From a bacterium (GTDB taxonomy: Bacteria; UBA8248), in contig CBDBBI010000010.1 of NCBI GenBank assembly GCA_965202625.1, positions 1,696,001 to 1,760,000 of the forward strand: a stretch of DNA of 64,000 nucleotides, written 5' to 3'. Positions 36,918 to 46,253 of the stretch are shown in pieces (within the stretch, counting starts at the first letter, position 1; the number at the start of each line of letters is the position of its first letter). The notes under the pieces are model-generated. The model ran no database searches. It worked only from the letters and a program-made list of their open reading frames with translations, and had not been told where the DNA came from. The position numbers were made by a program, and so were the translations under genes.

Positions 36918-38015
36918 ATGACCACCCTGAGCTTCGCCAACATCCTCGTTCTGAGCTACAACTCTCTCTCCTACGCGGCGATTTTATTTCTCCTGGCGAG
37001 CGGACTCTCTCTCATCTTCGGCGTGATGCGCATCGTGAACCTCGCCCACGCCGCCTTCTTCCTGTTCGCCGGATACCTCGCCCTGGAATTCTACAACGTC
37101 ATATTCGGCTCCTTGAGCCTGTTGCCGAGAATCGTTCAAATCCTCTCATGGGCACTTCTTTATCTGGCGTGGCGAGGGCTCACGCAATGGGTCGCTCCCC
37201 AGCGCGCCGCGCTTGCGCTGCTCCTCGCCTACGTCGTTCTGGAAGCCGCCAGCAGCCTGATATGGGGCTTCAAATTCTTCGAGCTCTTCTTTCCGCACGT
37301 GCCCGTGAAGCCCGTCGACAAGATCAACTTCGCGGCCATGATCGCCGCCATCGTCGTCGCCCTCTCGGTCGCCGCGCTGTGCGGCATGCTCATCGAGCGC
37401 TTCTTCCTCCGCCGCCTCGGGCAGGACACCCTGGCGCAGGTGCTGGTGACCATCGGTTTCGCGTTCATCCTGCAAGACGGCTCCCTCTACACCTGGGGCG
37501 GGGACAACTTCATGCTCCAGCAGCCTTGGCCCCTCAACTACAGCGCGGTGATAGGGGGATTGTCGCTGCCCCAGTATCGCGCCTTCATGATCCTCATCGC
37601 CGTCCTGGTGGCCCTCGCCCTGTTCCTCGGAATAGAGCGCACCCGCCTCGGCGCCATCATGCGCGCGGCGGTGGACGACCCCGAGATGGCGCGCGGAATC
37701 GGCATCAACACCAACGTCGTGCAAATGGCGATATTCGCCCTCGGCGCGCTTCTGGCCGCCACGGGCGGCGTGGTGGGCGGCGCGTTTTTCGGCGTCTATC
37801 CAGGGCTTGACTTCGAGATACTGCCCTACGCTTTCGCCGTGGTGATCATCGGCGGACTGGGCAGCCTGGGGGGTGCCGTCATCGGCAGCGTCGTGGTCGG
37901 CTTCATCGAGAACTTCGGGACGGCCCTGTTTCCGGAGCTCTCCTATTTTGCGCTCTTCGCGCCCATGGCGATCATTCTGGCGATCAAGCCGACGGGCCTG
38001 TTCGGAAAGGGTTGA
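36918..38015 (+). CDS. Branched-chain amino acid-type ABC permease (LivH-like)
   Basis: GLSLIFGVMRIVNLAH, RTRLGAIMRA, VVIIGGLGS, KPTGLFG. Confidence 0.9.
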   Translation: MTTLSFANILVLSYNSLSYAAILFLLASGLSLIFGVMRIVNLAHAAFFLFAGYLALEFYNVIFGSLSLLPRIVQILSWALLYLAWRGLTQWVAPQRAALALLLAYVVLEAASSLIWGFKFFELFFPHVPVKPVDKINFAAMIAAIVVALSVAALCGMLIERFFLRRLGQDTLAQVLVTIGFAFILQDGSLYTWGGDNFMLQQPWPLNYSAVIGGLSLPQYRAFMILIAVLVALALFLGIERTRLGAIMRAAVDDPEMARGIGINTNVVQMAIFALGALLAATGGVVGGAFFGVYPGLDFEILPYAFAVVIIGGLGSLGGAVIGSVVVGFIENFGTALFPELSYFALFAPMAIILAIKPTGLFGKG

Positions 38016-38021
38016 CCCCTG

Positions 38022-39044
38022 ATGGAGAACCCGGCAGAGAAAAGGAGGGTGTTCGTCGTCCTGGGCGTGTTCGCCGCCCTCGGCGCCATCACGCCGTTTC
38101 TGGACCTCTTCATGCAAAGCCTGGTGACGGAGATTCTCGTTTTCGGCATTCTGGCCATGAGCCTGGACATCCTTCTCGGGTTCACCGGCCTGGCCTCCCT
38201 GGGACACGCCGCCTACTTCGGCGTCGCCTCCTACACCACGGCCATCATCATGACAAAAGAGGACTGGACGTGGACCTACGCCGCCTTCCAGTGGTCCAAC
38301 GACCTGGGGCTGGGCATCTTCTACGTCTTCATATTCGGCGTCGTCGTGGCCCTGGCCTTCGCCTCGTTCTTCGGCTTTCTGGCCATACGCGCCGTCGGCG
38401 TGTATTTTCTGATGATCACCCTCTCCCTCGCCATGGTCGTCTGGGGGCTGGCGTATCGCTGGAGTGCCGTGACGGAGGGCGACAACGGCATCAACGTGCT
38501 GGAGAGACCCTCGTTGCTCGGCATATCGCTGGAATCGGAAATTCCGTTTTTCTATTTCACGCTCGCGGTGTTCCTCGTCTGCCTCGCCCTGATGTATCTG
38601 TTCGTGAGAAGCCCCTTCGGAAAAACGCTGGTCGGCATCAGGGAGCGCGAGGAGCGCATGGAGATGCTCGGCTACAACGTCTGGCTTCACAAATATCTCG
38701 CGTTCATCATCGCGGGCGCATTCAGCGGCGTCGCGGGCGTGATGTGGACGCTGTTCAACCTGTTCGTGAGTCCGCCGGACATCGAGCTCATCACCTCGGC
38801 CGAGGCCCTCTTCATGGTGGCACTGGGCGGCCCCGCCACCCTGGTCGGCCCGGTGATCGGCTCGGCCATCATCCGTTCGCTGCAACAATTCATCAGCATT
38901 TACGTGGAACGATGGCCGCTCATTCTGGGTGCGATCTACATCATCACCATCATGCTGGGACGCCTCTACGGAGTAGAGGGAATTCTTGGGCTATTCGGCA
39001 AGTTTCGCAAACCCGCCGCGCGATCGGAAGCCCCCGAGGGATGA
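38022..39044 (+). CDS. Branched-chain amino acid-type ABC permease (LivM-like)
   Basis: GFTGLASLGHAAYFG, YFLMITL, SPFGKTL..IRE.E.R, LGG.ATL.GP. Confidence 0.9.
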   Translation: MENPAEKRRVFVVLGVFAALGAITPFLDLFMQSLVTEILVFGILAMSLDILLGFTGLASLGHAAYFGVASYTTAIIMTKEDWTWTYAAFQWSNDLGLGIFYVFIFGVVVALAFASFFGFLAIRAVGVYFLMITLSLAMVVWGLAYRWSAVTEGDNGINVLERPSLLGISLESEIPFFYFTLAVFLVCLALMYLFVRSPFGKTLVGIREREERMEMLGYNVWLHKYLAFIIAGAFSGVAGVMWTLFNLFVSPPDIELITSAEALFMVALGGPATLVGPVIGSAIIRSLQQFISIYVERWPLILGAIYIITIMLGRLYGVEGILGLFGKFRKPAARSEAPEG

Positions 39045-39092
39045 GGATGGCGCGTACCTGAACTTTCCAAACGAACGAAAGGAGGAGAAGAC

Positions 39093-40346
39093 ATGAAACG
39101 CAAAATTGTTACCATCGTCGCAGGATTCGGCCTCGCCCTTTGGGCCGGGCTCGGCGACGCCCGCGCCGCCGAGGTGCGCATCGGGTTCATCGCGCCGATG
39201 ACAGGCATCTTCGCCCAGATCGGCAAGGACATGCGCAACGGCTTCAATATGTATCTGGAGCACGTCAACAACAAGATGGGACCTCTGGACGTGAAGTTCA
39301 TTCTCGAGGATTCCACCGGAAAACCCGCCGTGAACGTGCGCAAGGCACTCAAACTCATCAAGCGCGACAAGGTGCACATGTTCATGGGAGGTCTGCTCGC
39401 CAGCACGGGATACGCCCTCGCCCCCGTCGCCAACCGCTTCAAGGTGCCCTACATCTCGCCCGTGCCGGCGGCGGACGACCTCACCCAGCGCAAACTTTTC
39501 AAATACTTTCTGCGCAGCGGCTTCACGAGCAGCCAGAACAGCCACCCCCTCGCCGAATGGGCCTATGACCAGGGCTATCGCCGCATCGTCACCATCGGCG
39601 CGGACTACGCCTTCGGCTACGAGACCGTGGGGGGCTTCCACAAGGCCTTCGAGGAGCGCGGCGGCAAGATCGTCAAGAGGATATGGGCGAAACTCGGCAC
39701 GAAAGACTTTGGCCCCTACCTGCCGCAGATTCCCAAGGACGCCGACGCCATCTTCACCCTGATGGTGGGCCCGATGTCCCTCGCCTTCCCGAAGCAGTTT
39801 CGCGCGGCCGGCTTCAAGATGCCGATGCTCGGCGGCGTTACGAGCGCGGATGAGTTCATCCTCCCCAGCATGGGCGACGAGGCGCTCGGCTACGTGACGT
39901 CCGCGCAATACAGCGCCGCTCTCGAGACGGACAAAAACAAGGCGTTCGTCAAGGAATACCAGCAGCGCTACGGGAAGATGGCCTCCTATTACTCGGAGAC
40001 CACCTACACGACGGGCCAGTGGGTGAACCTCACGCTCAAGAAAATCGGCTACAAACCAGAGGATGCAGATGCGTTCCTCAAGGCGTTCAAGACCATTCGC
40101 ATCGACGCCATTCGAGGGCCGGTGTATCTGGATACGTTCGGAAACCCGATACAGAACAGCTACGTCCGGCGCGTGACCCGCGTCCCGGGAGACCGCCTGG
40201 GTTTGGGCGTGAAGCCAAACGCGCTCTGGAACGTGGTGATCAAGACCTACCCAGCCGTGGGGCAGTTCTGGAAGTGGAAGGCAGAGGATTTCCTGAAAAA
40301 CCCCGTCTATAGCAAGAAATACCCGTCTTGCCCGAATTGTCAATAA
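39093..40346 (+). CDS. ABC transporter substrate-binding protein (LivK/PBP1 type)
   Basis: Signal peptide; IGFIAP.TG, DYAFG, DFGPYL; AGGAGG RBS. Confidence 0.9.
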   Translation: MKRKIVTIVAGFGLALWAGLGDARAAEVRIGFIAPMTGIFAQIGKDMRNGFNMYLEHVNNKMGPLDVKFILEDSTGKPAVNVRKALKLIKRDKVHMFMGGLLASTGYALAPVANRFKVPYISPVPAADDLTQRKLFKYFLRSGFTSSQNSHPLAEWAYDQGYRRIVTIGADYAFGYETVGGFHKAFEERGGKIVKRIWAKLGTKDFGPYLPQIPKDADAIFTLMVGPMSLAFPKQFRAAGFKMPMLGGVTSADEFILPSMGDEALGYVTSAQYSAALETDKNKAFVKEYQQRYGKMASYYSETTYTTGQWVNLTLKKIGYKPEDADAFLKAFKTIRIDAIRGPVYLDTFGNPIQNSYVRRVTRVPGDRLGLGVKPNALWNVVIKTYPAVGQFWKWKAEDFLKNPVYSKKYPSCPNCQ

Positions 40347-40357
40347 GTCGGTCCACC

Positions 40358-40390
40358 CCCTCGCCCGAGCCTTCTCAGCCCGGGCGAGGG
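40358..40390 (+). terminator. GC-rich intergenic hairpin after the binding-protein gene (attenuator or mRNA stabiliser)
   Basis: CCCTCGCCCGAGC-CTTCTCA-GCCCGGGCGAGGG, 12 of 13 pairs; no U-tract. Confidence 0.55.
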
Positions 40391-40428
40391 ATGCAGGCCG
40401 ACCCTTCAGGGAGGCGAGGAGTTTCGTT

Positions 40429-41184
40429 TTGGCGGACCCACAACCGGGACTTGAACTAGAGAGCGTCACCAAGCATTTTGGCGGCCTTCACGCGGTAGAG
40501 AACGTGTGCTTGTGCCTGAAAGCCGGAGAGCGGCGGGGCATTCTGGGGCCGAACGGAGCGGGGAAGACCACCCTGTTTCACCTGATAACGGGCGTTCTTC
40601 CGCTCACGTCGGGCCGCATCCGCCTTTTTGGACAGGACGTCTCCGGGTGGCCCACCTACAAGCGCGTGGCCCTGGGCATGGCGCGCACCTTTCAAATTAC
40701 CAGCCTGTTTCCAAAGCTCACCGTTCTCGAGAACGTTTTGCTCGCCGCCCAAGGCTTGCGAAAAATGAAAATGATGATGCTCAAACCCCTCTTCAAATAC
40801 AAAGACGTATGCGAAAAGGCGGAAAGCCTGCTCAGCGAGGTCCATTTCTGGCATTTGCGGAACCATGAAGTGCGCAACCTCTCCCATGGAGAGCAGCGGC
40901 AGCTCGAGATCGTCCTCGCCCTGGCGAGCGACCCGAAGGTTCTGCTTCTGGATGAGCCTTCCGCCGGGCTGGCGACGGGCGAATCCCGCGAGATGGCCGA
41001 TTTCCTGAAATCGCTGAAACCGGAGATAGCGATTCTCATCATCGAGCACGACCTGGACGTCATATTCGAGGTCGTCTCCCACATCAGCGTCCTGCACTAT
41101 GGCGAGGTTCTCGCCGAGGGGCCCAGTGCCGACATCCGCAACGACCCCCAGGTTCAGGAAATCTACCTCGGAAAGGCGGACTGA
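40429..41184 (+). CDS. ABC ATPase (LivG-like)
   Basis: GPNGAGKTT, LSHGEQR, LLLDEP, IEHD. Confidence 0.92.
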   Translation: MADPQPGLELESVTKHFGGLHAVENVCLCLKAGERRGILGPNGAGKTTLFHLITGVLPLTSGRIRLFGQDVSGWPTYKRVALGMARTFQITSLFPKLTVLENVLLAAQGLRKMKMMMLKPLFKYKDVCEKAESLLSEVHFWHLRNHEVRNLSHGEQRQLEIVLALASDPKVLLLDEPSAGLATGESREMADFLKSLKPEIAILIIEHDLDVIFEVVSHISVLHYGEVLAEGPSADIRNDPQVQEIYLGKAD

Positions 41185-41185
41185 A

Positions 41186-41896
41186 GTGTCGACTCTCCTG
41201 AGCGTGGACGACGTCCACACCTACTATGGCGATTCCTACGTCCTTCAGGGTCTGAGCATTCAGGTCGCCGAGGGGGAAACGCTGGGAATTCTGGGCAGAA
41301 ACGGCATGGGAAAGACGACGCTGATCAACTCGATCATGGGTTTCACGCCGCCGAGGCGGGGCCGCATTCTCTTTCGGGGCAAGAACATCACGGCGGCGAG
41401 CAGCTTTGAAATCTCAAAGATGGGAATCGGCCTGTGCCCGCAGGGAAGGCGCGTGTTTCCGACCCTCTCGGTGCGCGAGAATCTCCTGGTGGCACAACAG
41501 GAACATGATGGGGGATATCGCTGGAATTTCAGGGAAGTGTATGAACTCTTCCCCCGTCTCGGCGAGCGCGCCAGCCAGCGGGCGGGTTCGCTCTCCGGCG
41601 GAGAGCAGCAGATGCTAGCCGTGGCCCGCGCCCTGATGACCAACCCGAGCTGCCTCATTCTCGATGAGCCATCCGAGGGGCTGGCGCCGATGATCATTCA
41701 GGACATTGGAAGCGCCATTCAATCGCTCAAATCCGAGGGGCTCTCCGTCGTGCTCGTCGAGCAGAACGCCGCCTTCGCCGTCAAGACGGTGGACAGGGTT
41801 TGCGTCATCACGAACGGGAAGGTCGTCCACGCATCCTCGCCGCAGGAATTGTGGGGGAACGAGGAGATCAGGAAAACCCACCTCGGAATCGGCTGA
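41186..41896 (+). CDS. ABC ATPase (LivF-like)
   Basis: GRNGMGKTT, LSGGEQQM, ILDEPSEGLAP; GTG start at 41186. Confidence 0.92.
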   Translation: MSTLLSVDDVHTYYGDSYVLQGLSIQVAEGETLGILGRNGMGKTTLINSIMGFTPPRRGRILFRGKNITAASSFEISKMGIGLCPQGRRVFPTLSVRENLLVAQQEHDGGYRWNFREVYELFPRLGERASQRAGSLSGGEQQMLAVARALMTNPSCLILDEPSEGLAPMIIQDIGSAIQSLKSEGLSVVLVEQNAAFAVKTVDRVCVITNGKVVHASSPQELWGNEEIRKTHLGIG

Positions 41897-41995
41897 AGCA
41901 CCGCCGCAACGCCCGGAACCCTGTTGGCTGCTGGAGACGACGAGCATAAACACCGCGTCGCCTTGACGCGCAATCTCCGTGAAAAAACCGCCGAA

Positions 41996-44299
41996 TCACG
42001 CCGGCTTTCGCAACAGCCCCATCGCGATTCTATCCGGCGTCAGGGGCAAATCACGAAACCGGACGCCTGTGGCGTCGTAAATCGCGTTGGCGATGGCCGC
42101 AGCCGTGGGCACGTTCACCTGCTCTCCAGCCCCCTTCGCCCCATAAGGACCGCTCGAGTAGGCGTCCTCCACAATGATGGACGCCACCTGGCTGGGCACG
42201 TCCTGCGAGGTCGGAACGAGGTAGCCGTGCATGTCCGGGTTTTGCATGCGGCCCTCGCACTGCACCACCTCCTCCATCATGCAAAAACCAATCCCCATAT
42301 ACACGCCGCCCTCGACCTGCTGCTCCACGCCCATGGGGCTTATCGCCCTGCCCACGTCATGGGCGGCCCATACGCCGCAAACCTCCACCTCTCCCGTCTC
42401 CGGGTCCACGAGCACCTCCGCAACCTGGCTGCCGAACCCGTATACCTCATACGGATCGCCCAGACCCGTTTCCTCGTCGATCCGCGCGGGCGGCGGAATG
42501 CTGTCCGCCGCGCCCAGCTGCTTGAGTTCATCCGCGACGAACGCCCTCGCAACGTCAGGAAGGGTGACGCTGGCTTCCGGATGCGCGCGCGCGCGAACCA
42601 CGCCGCCGCGCAACTCCAGATCCTCCGGTGCCGCCTCCAGCAAAACGCCGCCCAGACGCAGCAACTCCTCCCGTGCCTTGAGGGAAGCGTTATAGACCGC
42701 CTTCCCCCCCTGCATGGTGATGCGGGAGCTCGAACTGGTACCGCCGAACGGATCGATGGCGGTGTCCACGCTCTCCATCAGAAACTCGGAATAGGGGACG
42801 TCCAGCGTTTCAGAGGCGATTTGGCACAGCACCGTCTTGCTCCCCTGGCCGAAATCCACGACGCCGGCGGCGACCTGGATTTTCCCGTTCGCCGTGAGAA
42901 AGACGCGCGCCTCCGCAGGGGAGTAGGCATTGCCCGTGCCATACAGACAACTCGCCACGCCTTGCCCGCGCAAGCGGCCATCCCCCGATCCGCCGCGGCG
43001 ACTGCCCCCCTCTCTCCAGGACGAGGCTCTCTCCACCTCCCGCAGGGTATCGAGAAAACCGACGCTCTCGGGCAAATGCTGGTTCCATGCGGTTCGGGAG
43101 CCGACCCGCAGTCCGTTGATGCGCCTGATCTCCATGGGGTCGAGGCGCAAGGCTCTGGCGAGCGCGTCCATCTGCTGCTCGCCCGCGAAGTGCACCTGGG
43201 GACATCCAGGCCCGCGCATCTGTCCCCCATAGGGGTGGTTCGTGTGCACGCAGTGCACGTCCACTTTCACGTTGGGCACCCGATACGGACCTGCGGCGTG
43301 GTAGGTCGCGCGTTTGAACGCGGGCGGATTGTCCCCCCCGTTCGCCGCGTACGCCCCCTTGTCCAGCCATATTTCCACCTGAAGCGCCACAAGGCGCCCA
43401 TCGCGCGTCGCCCCCGTCTTCGAACGAATGAAGGCGGCGTGGCGCTTTGAGGAGGAGATCAGGCTCTCCTCGCGAGAGTATGCGAGTTTGACGGGCCTGC
43501 CCGCCGCGTGAGCGAGCGCCGCGGCGCGCAGACACACGTCGAGGCTCGCCTCGCTCTTTCCGCCAAAAGCGCCTCCGGTGACCGTCTGAACGAAGCGAAC
43601 CGCGCCCTCGCCCTTCAGCCCCAGCATTCGGGCGACGTTGCGCCTCACCAGAAACGGCTGCTGGGTGGAGCCCCAGACCTGCATTCCGCCGCCGGGGAGC
43701 GGACTCGCGCAAGCGGCCTCCACCTCAAGGTAGAGATGCTCGACGGAAGGCGTCGAGTATTCGTTCTCGACGATCACGTCGGCGCGCGCGAAACCATCCT
43801 CGACGTCTCCCTTTCTTATTCTGGCCTGGTTGAGAACGTTTCCGCCGGGGAATATCTTCTCCGCCCCGTTCTTCATCGCCTCGCGTGGGTCGGAGACGAC
43901 GGGCAAAGGCCGATATTCGACCTTTATCAGCCGCATCGCCTCCTCGGCCGCCTCCAGCGTCTCCGCCGCGATGAGGGCGACCACCTCGCCCATATAGCGC
44001 ACCCTGTCGTAGGCGATGACGGGCATAGCGCGTTCGTGGGGAATGATACGGGGATGGCCCGGCAGGTCGTCACCCGTGAGAACGGCGACGACGCCGGGGA
44101 CGCGCGAGGCCGCGCGGGCGTCGATGGAGCGTATCTCGGCGTGCGCGCATTCGCTGCGAAGCGCCTTGCCTATCAACATTCCCGAAAGGCGAAGGTCGTC
44201 AAGATAGTCGGCCGCACCGGCCGCCTTTTCAGGATCGTCGAGAAAGGGGAGGGACGCGCCGACTACGGCCGCACCGCCCATGTCTTTGGCCTCCGCCAT
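41996..44299 (-). CDS. Xanthine dehydrogenase-family molybdopterin-binding (large) subunit
   Basis: EHLYLE, GGAFGGK, MRGPG.PQ, GQGS.T, SSRIT, GPYGAKGAGE. Confidence 0.9.
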   Translation of the reverse strand: MAEAKDMGGAAVVGASLPFLDDPEKAAGAADYLDDLRLSGMLIGKALRSECAHAEIRSIDARAASRVPGVVAVLTGDDLPGHPRIIPHERAMPVIAYDRVRYMGEVVALIAAETLEAAEEAMRLIKVEYRPLPVVSDPREAMKNGAEKIFPGGNVLNQARIRKGDVEDGFARADVIVENEYSTPSVEHLYLEVEAACASPLPGGGMQVWGSTQQPFLVRRNVARMLGLKGEGAVRFVQTVTGGAFGGKSEASLDVCLRAAALAHAAGRPVKLAYSREESLISSSKRHAAFIRSKTGATRDGRLVALQVEIWLDKGAYAANGGDNPPAFKRATYHAAGPYRVPNVKVDVHCVHTNHPYGGQMRGPGCPQVHFAGEQQMDALARALRLDPMEIRRINGLRVGSRTAWNQHLPESVGFLDTLREVERASSWREGGSRRGGSGDGRLRGQGVASCLYGTGNAYSPAEARVFLTANGKIQVAAGVVDFGQGSKTVLCQIASETLDVPYSEFLMESVDTAIDPFGGTSSSSRITMQGGKAVYNASLKAREELLRLGGVLLEAAPEDLELRGGVVRARAHPEASVTLPDVARAFVADELKQLGAADSIPPPARIDEETGLGDPYEVYGFGSQVAEVLVDPETGEVEVCGVWAAHDVGRAISPMGVEQQVEGGVYMGIGFCMMEEVVQCEGRMQNPDMHGYLVPTSQDVPSQVASIIVEDAYSSGPYGAKGAGEQVNVPTAAAIANAIYDATGVRFRDLPLTPDRIAMGLLRKPA

Positions 44300-44476
44300 G
44301 GAACATCCTCCCCGCATGAACAATACTCGCTAATTTACACGCTCCTCCACCGTTTGTCTATGAAATCGGCGGTGCGGGCCAATCCTTGCGGAGAGTATGC
44401 GTTGCGGGCGAACGCTTGCGAGAGCGTGCGGTGCGCAATCCTTTTGCGAGGGTGTGAGACAAGTCGTGTGGAGAGG

Positions 44477-44556
44477 ATGGAACGCAAGATCGTTCCCATC
44501 GTCGCCGGATTCGGCCTCGCCTCTTGGCCGGACTCGGAGACGCCCGGGCCGCCGAG
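44477..44556 (+). pseudogene. Degenerate copy of the 5' end (signal peptide) of the binding-protein gene at 39093
   Basis: ATGGAACGCAAGATCGTTCCCATCGTCGCCGGATTCGGCCTCGCC...GCCGCCGAG vs ATGAAACGCAAAATTGTTACCATCGTCGCAGGATTCGGCCTCGCC...GCCGCCGAG; 1-nt frameshift; GAGAGG RBS retained. Confidence 0.85.
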
Positions 44557-44975
44557 AGGCGGGCGGCTCAATGAGGAGAGCGGCGAGTGGAATACGCTTT
44601 CAGAACGCGAAATTCTATTCGCGCAAACGAGAAGCATATGAAAATTCGTGTACATTTACGACGCTTATCGAAAGTTTCAAGAATGATTCAGGAGTTATGC
44701 ACTGAACTATGCAAATAAAGACGTCCGCAATTGCTTGTTTTTTTCGGTAAGTTCCAGTCTGAACCGCTCTGTTCCGATTTTCCGCCGCACCCCGATACCC
44801 TCTCCCTCAAGTAGCGCCTCCATTCATTCCATTCCCTGAATTTTGAAACTTTTTCTCCGGGTCGGTGTAAATCTCGGCTTCTTTTTGTAGACGGATAAGC
44901 TTGCATAAAATTGCTCAGAGTTCCAACGCTTTTCCCATCCTACAGTATGAAGCATGTCGTTGCTTATTCCGCCAT

Positions 44976-45359
44976 AAAATATTCTTCAATGACAATATAT
45001 CTCGTGTTCTTATTATGCAGTCTACCAATGGAATATCTAACCGGCGGCTTGCCCTCAGCCAATAGGCAAACGGACTGAACAGAGCGGTGAATCGAAAGCG
45101 GAACGGGGCCAAAATGTCGACAAGTGGATTCCACTCCTTCATCAAGACTTCAACGGCATCGACAATTTCGGAAACTGTATTCTAAATCCGTCCTATTCTT
45201 TAGTTTATACAATAATTCGCCAATTTCCGATCGTCGTGTATTGAATCGTGGGTGTTCACATTCATCAGCTCCAATTTTGATGATGCTCAACGTATGAAGA
45301 ACAAGGGCGAATCCCTCTCTTCATTTTCCTACTATTTTTTGCCGGACGAACTTAGTCAT
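44976..45359 (-). pseudogene. ComF-like phosphoribosyltransferase pseudogene
   Basis: AGGAG RBS; MTKFVRQKIVGK*REGFALVLHTLS...HPRFNTRRSEIGELLYKLK, then shifted frames EIVDAVEVLMKEWNPLVDILAP / VPLS..RSVQSV.LLAE / RLDIPLVDCIIRTRD..SLKNI; truncated before the PRPP-binding motif. Confidence 0.7.
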
Positions 45360-45513
45360 TATGTCTCCTGCGTCGTGACTTTGGTCAAGATACTTCATCA
45401 CTATAATACTTTGTCAAATTTACATAGTTAAGTTTATAATTCTCAAAATTTTCGCTTCTTGATTTATCCTGCATTCCCTGTTCGTCCCGCGCCCACCCGG
45501 AGGAGTCCCGAGG

Positions 45514-46185
45514 ATGGAGGAACGAAAGAATTCAGCACGTGCGCTCTTTCCCGCGTATCCGCAAGTCGTTGAATTATTTACGCAAGAGACGCTCGACCTG
45601 CGCGAGGCGACTCTTCTGAGAAGAAGAGAGGAGAAAGCCTGGGGCTTGTGGTCCATCCAGGATCAGGTGAGTCACGTAGCCTCCCTGCCCTATCGGTGGT
45701 TGCTGGTGCGCTGGGGGGCCGTTCTGTTTGGCGACGACTTGCCGCGCGAGACGAAACTGCTCGACAGATTCGACGATCGCATGATGAAAAGGGAATATTA
45801 TCCAAAAATTCAAGGACTTATCAACGTCATGCGAGATTCGTTCTCACTCGCTTGGGAGGTGCTGGGTGCTGAATCGACCAAATCCATTCGGGACGAGCGC
45901 AACGTTTCCGAGCGCGTATCCGTGGGTATGAGGCGGCCCGGAACCAACGAGGACGTTCGCAAGTGGCGGGAAAACGTAACTCTCAAGGCGCATTCCACCG
46001 GCGTATGGATCGATCCGCATGACGCAGAGCTGTTTCGTTATAATCTAGAATACACGTTTCGCCACATGCTTTGGGAGGCGTATGCCCATCTCAAAACCAT
46101 TCAGATGCACAAAAAAGAGGAAAACATGAAACCCATCGGCAGAATTCCCCAAGATGGGTACATCTCCGTGCTGAAATGGGAGTAA
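45514..46185 (+). CDS. DinB/YfiT-like four-helix protein
   Basis: WSIQDQVSH near the N-terminus, RH..WE...H...I near the C-terminus; GGAGGAG upstream. Confidence 0.6.
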   Translation: MEERKNSARALFPAYPQVVELFTQETLDLREATLLRRREEKAWGLWSIQDQVSHVASLPYRWLLVRWGAVLFGDDLPRETKLLDRFDDRMMKREYYPKIQGLINVMRDSFSLAWEVLGAESTKSIRDERNVSERVSVGMRRPGTNEDVRKWRENVTLKAHSTGVWIDPHDAELFRYNLEYTFRHMLWEAYAHLKTIQMHKKEENMKPIGRIPQDGYISVLKWE

Positions 46186-46253
46186 CTCTAATGATGAACA
46201 ACAATTTGCGAGCACTAAAATCTGCATCCCCTAACCTTGAGGGACGGACAAAC

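Noticed and set aside
45321-45323. TGA in the PRTase remnant as selenocysteine
   Set aside because: It falls at a likely Trp position and the gene has additional frameshifts.
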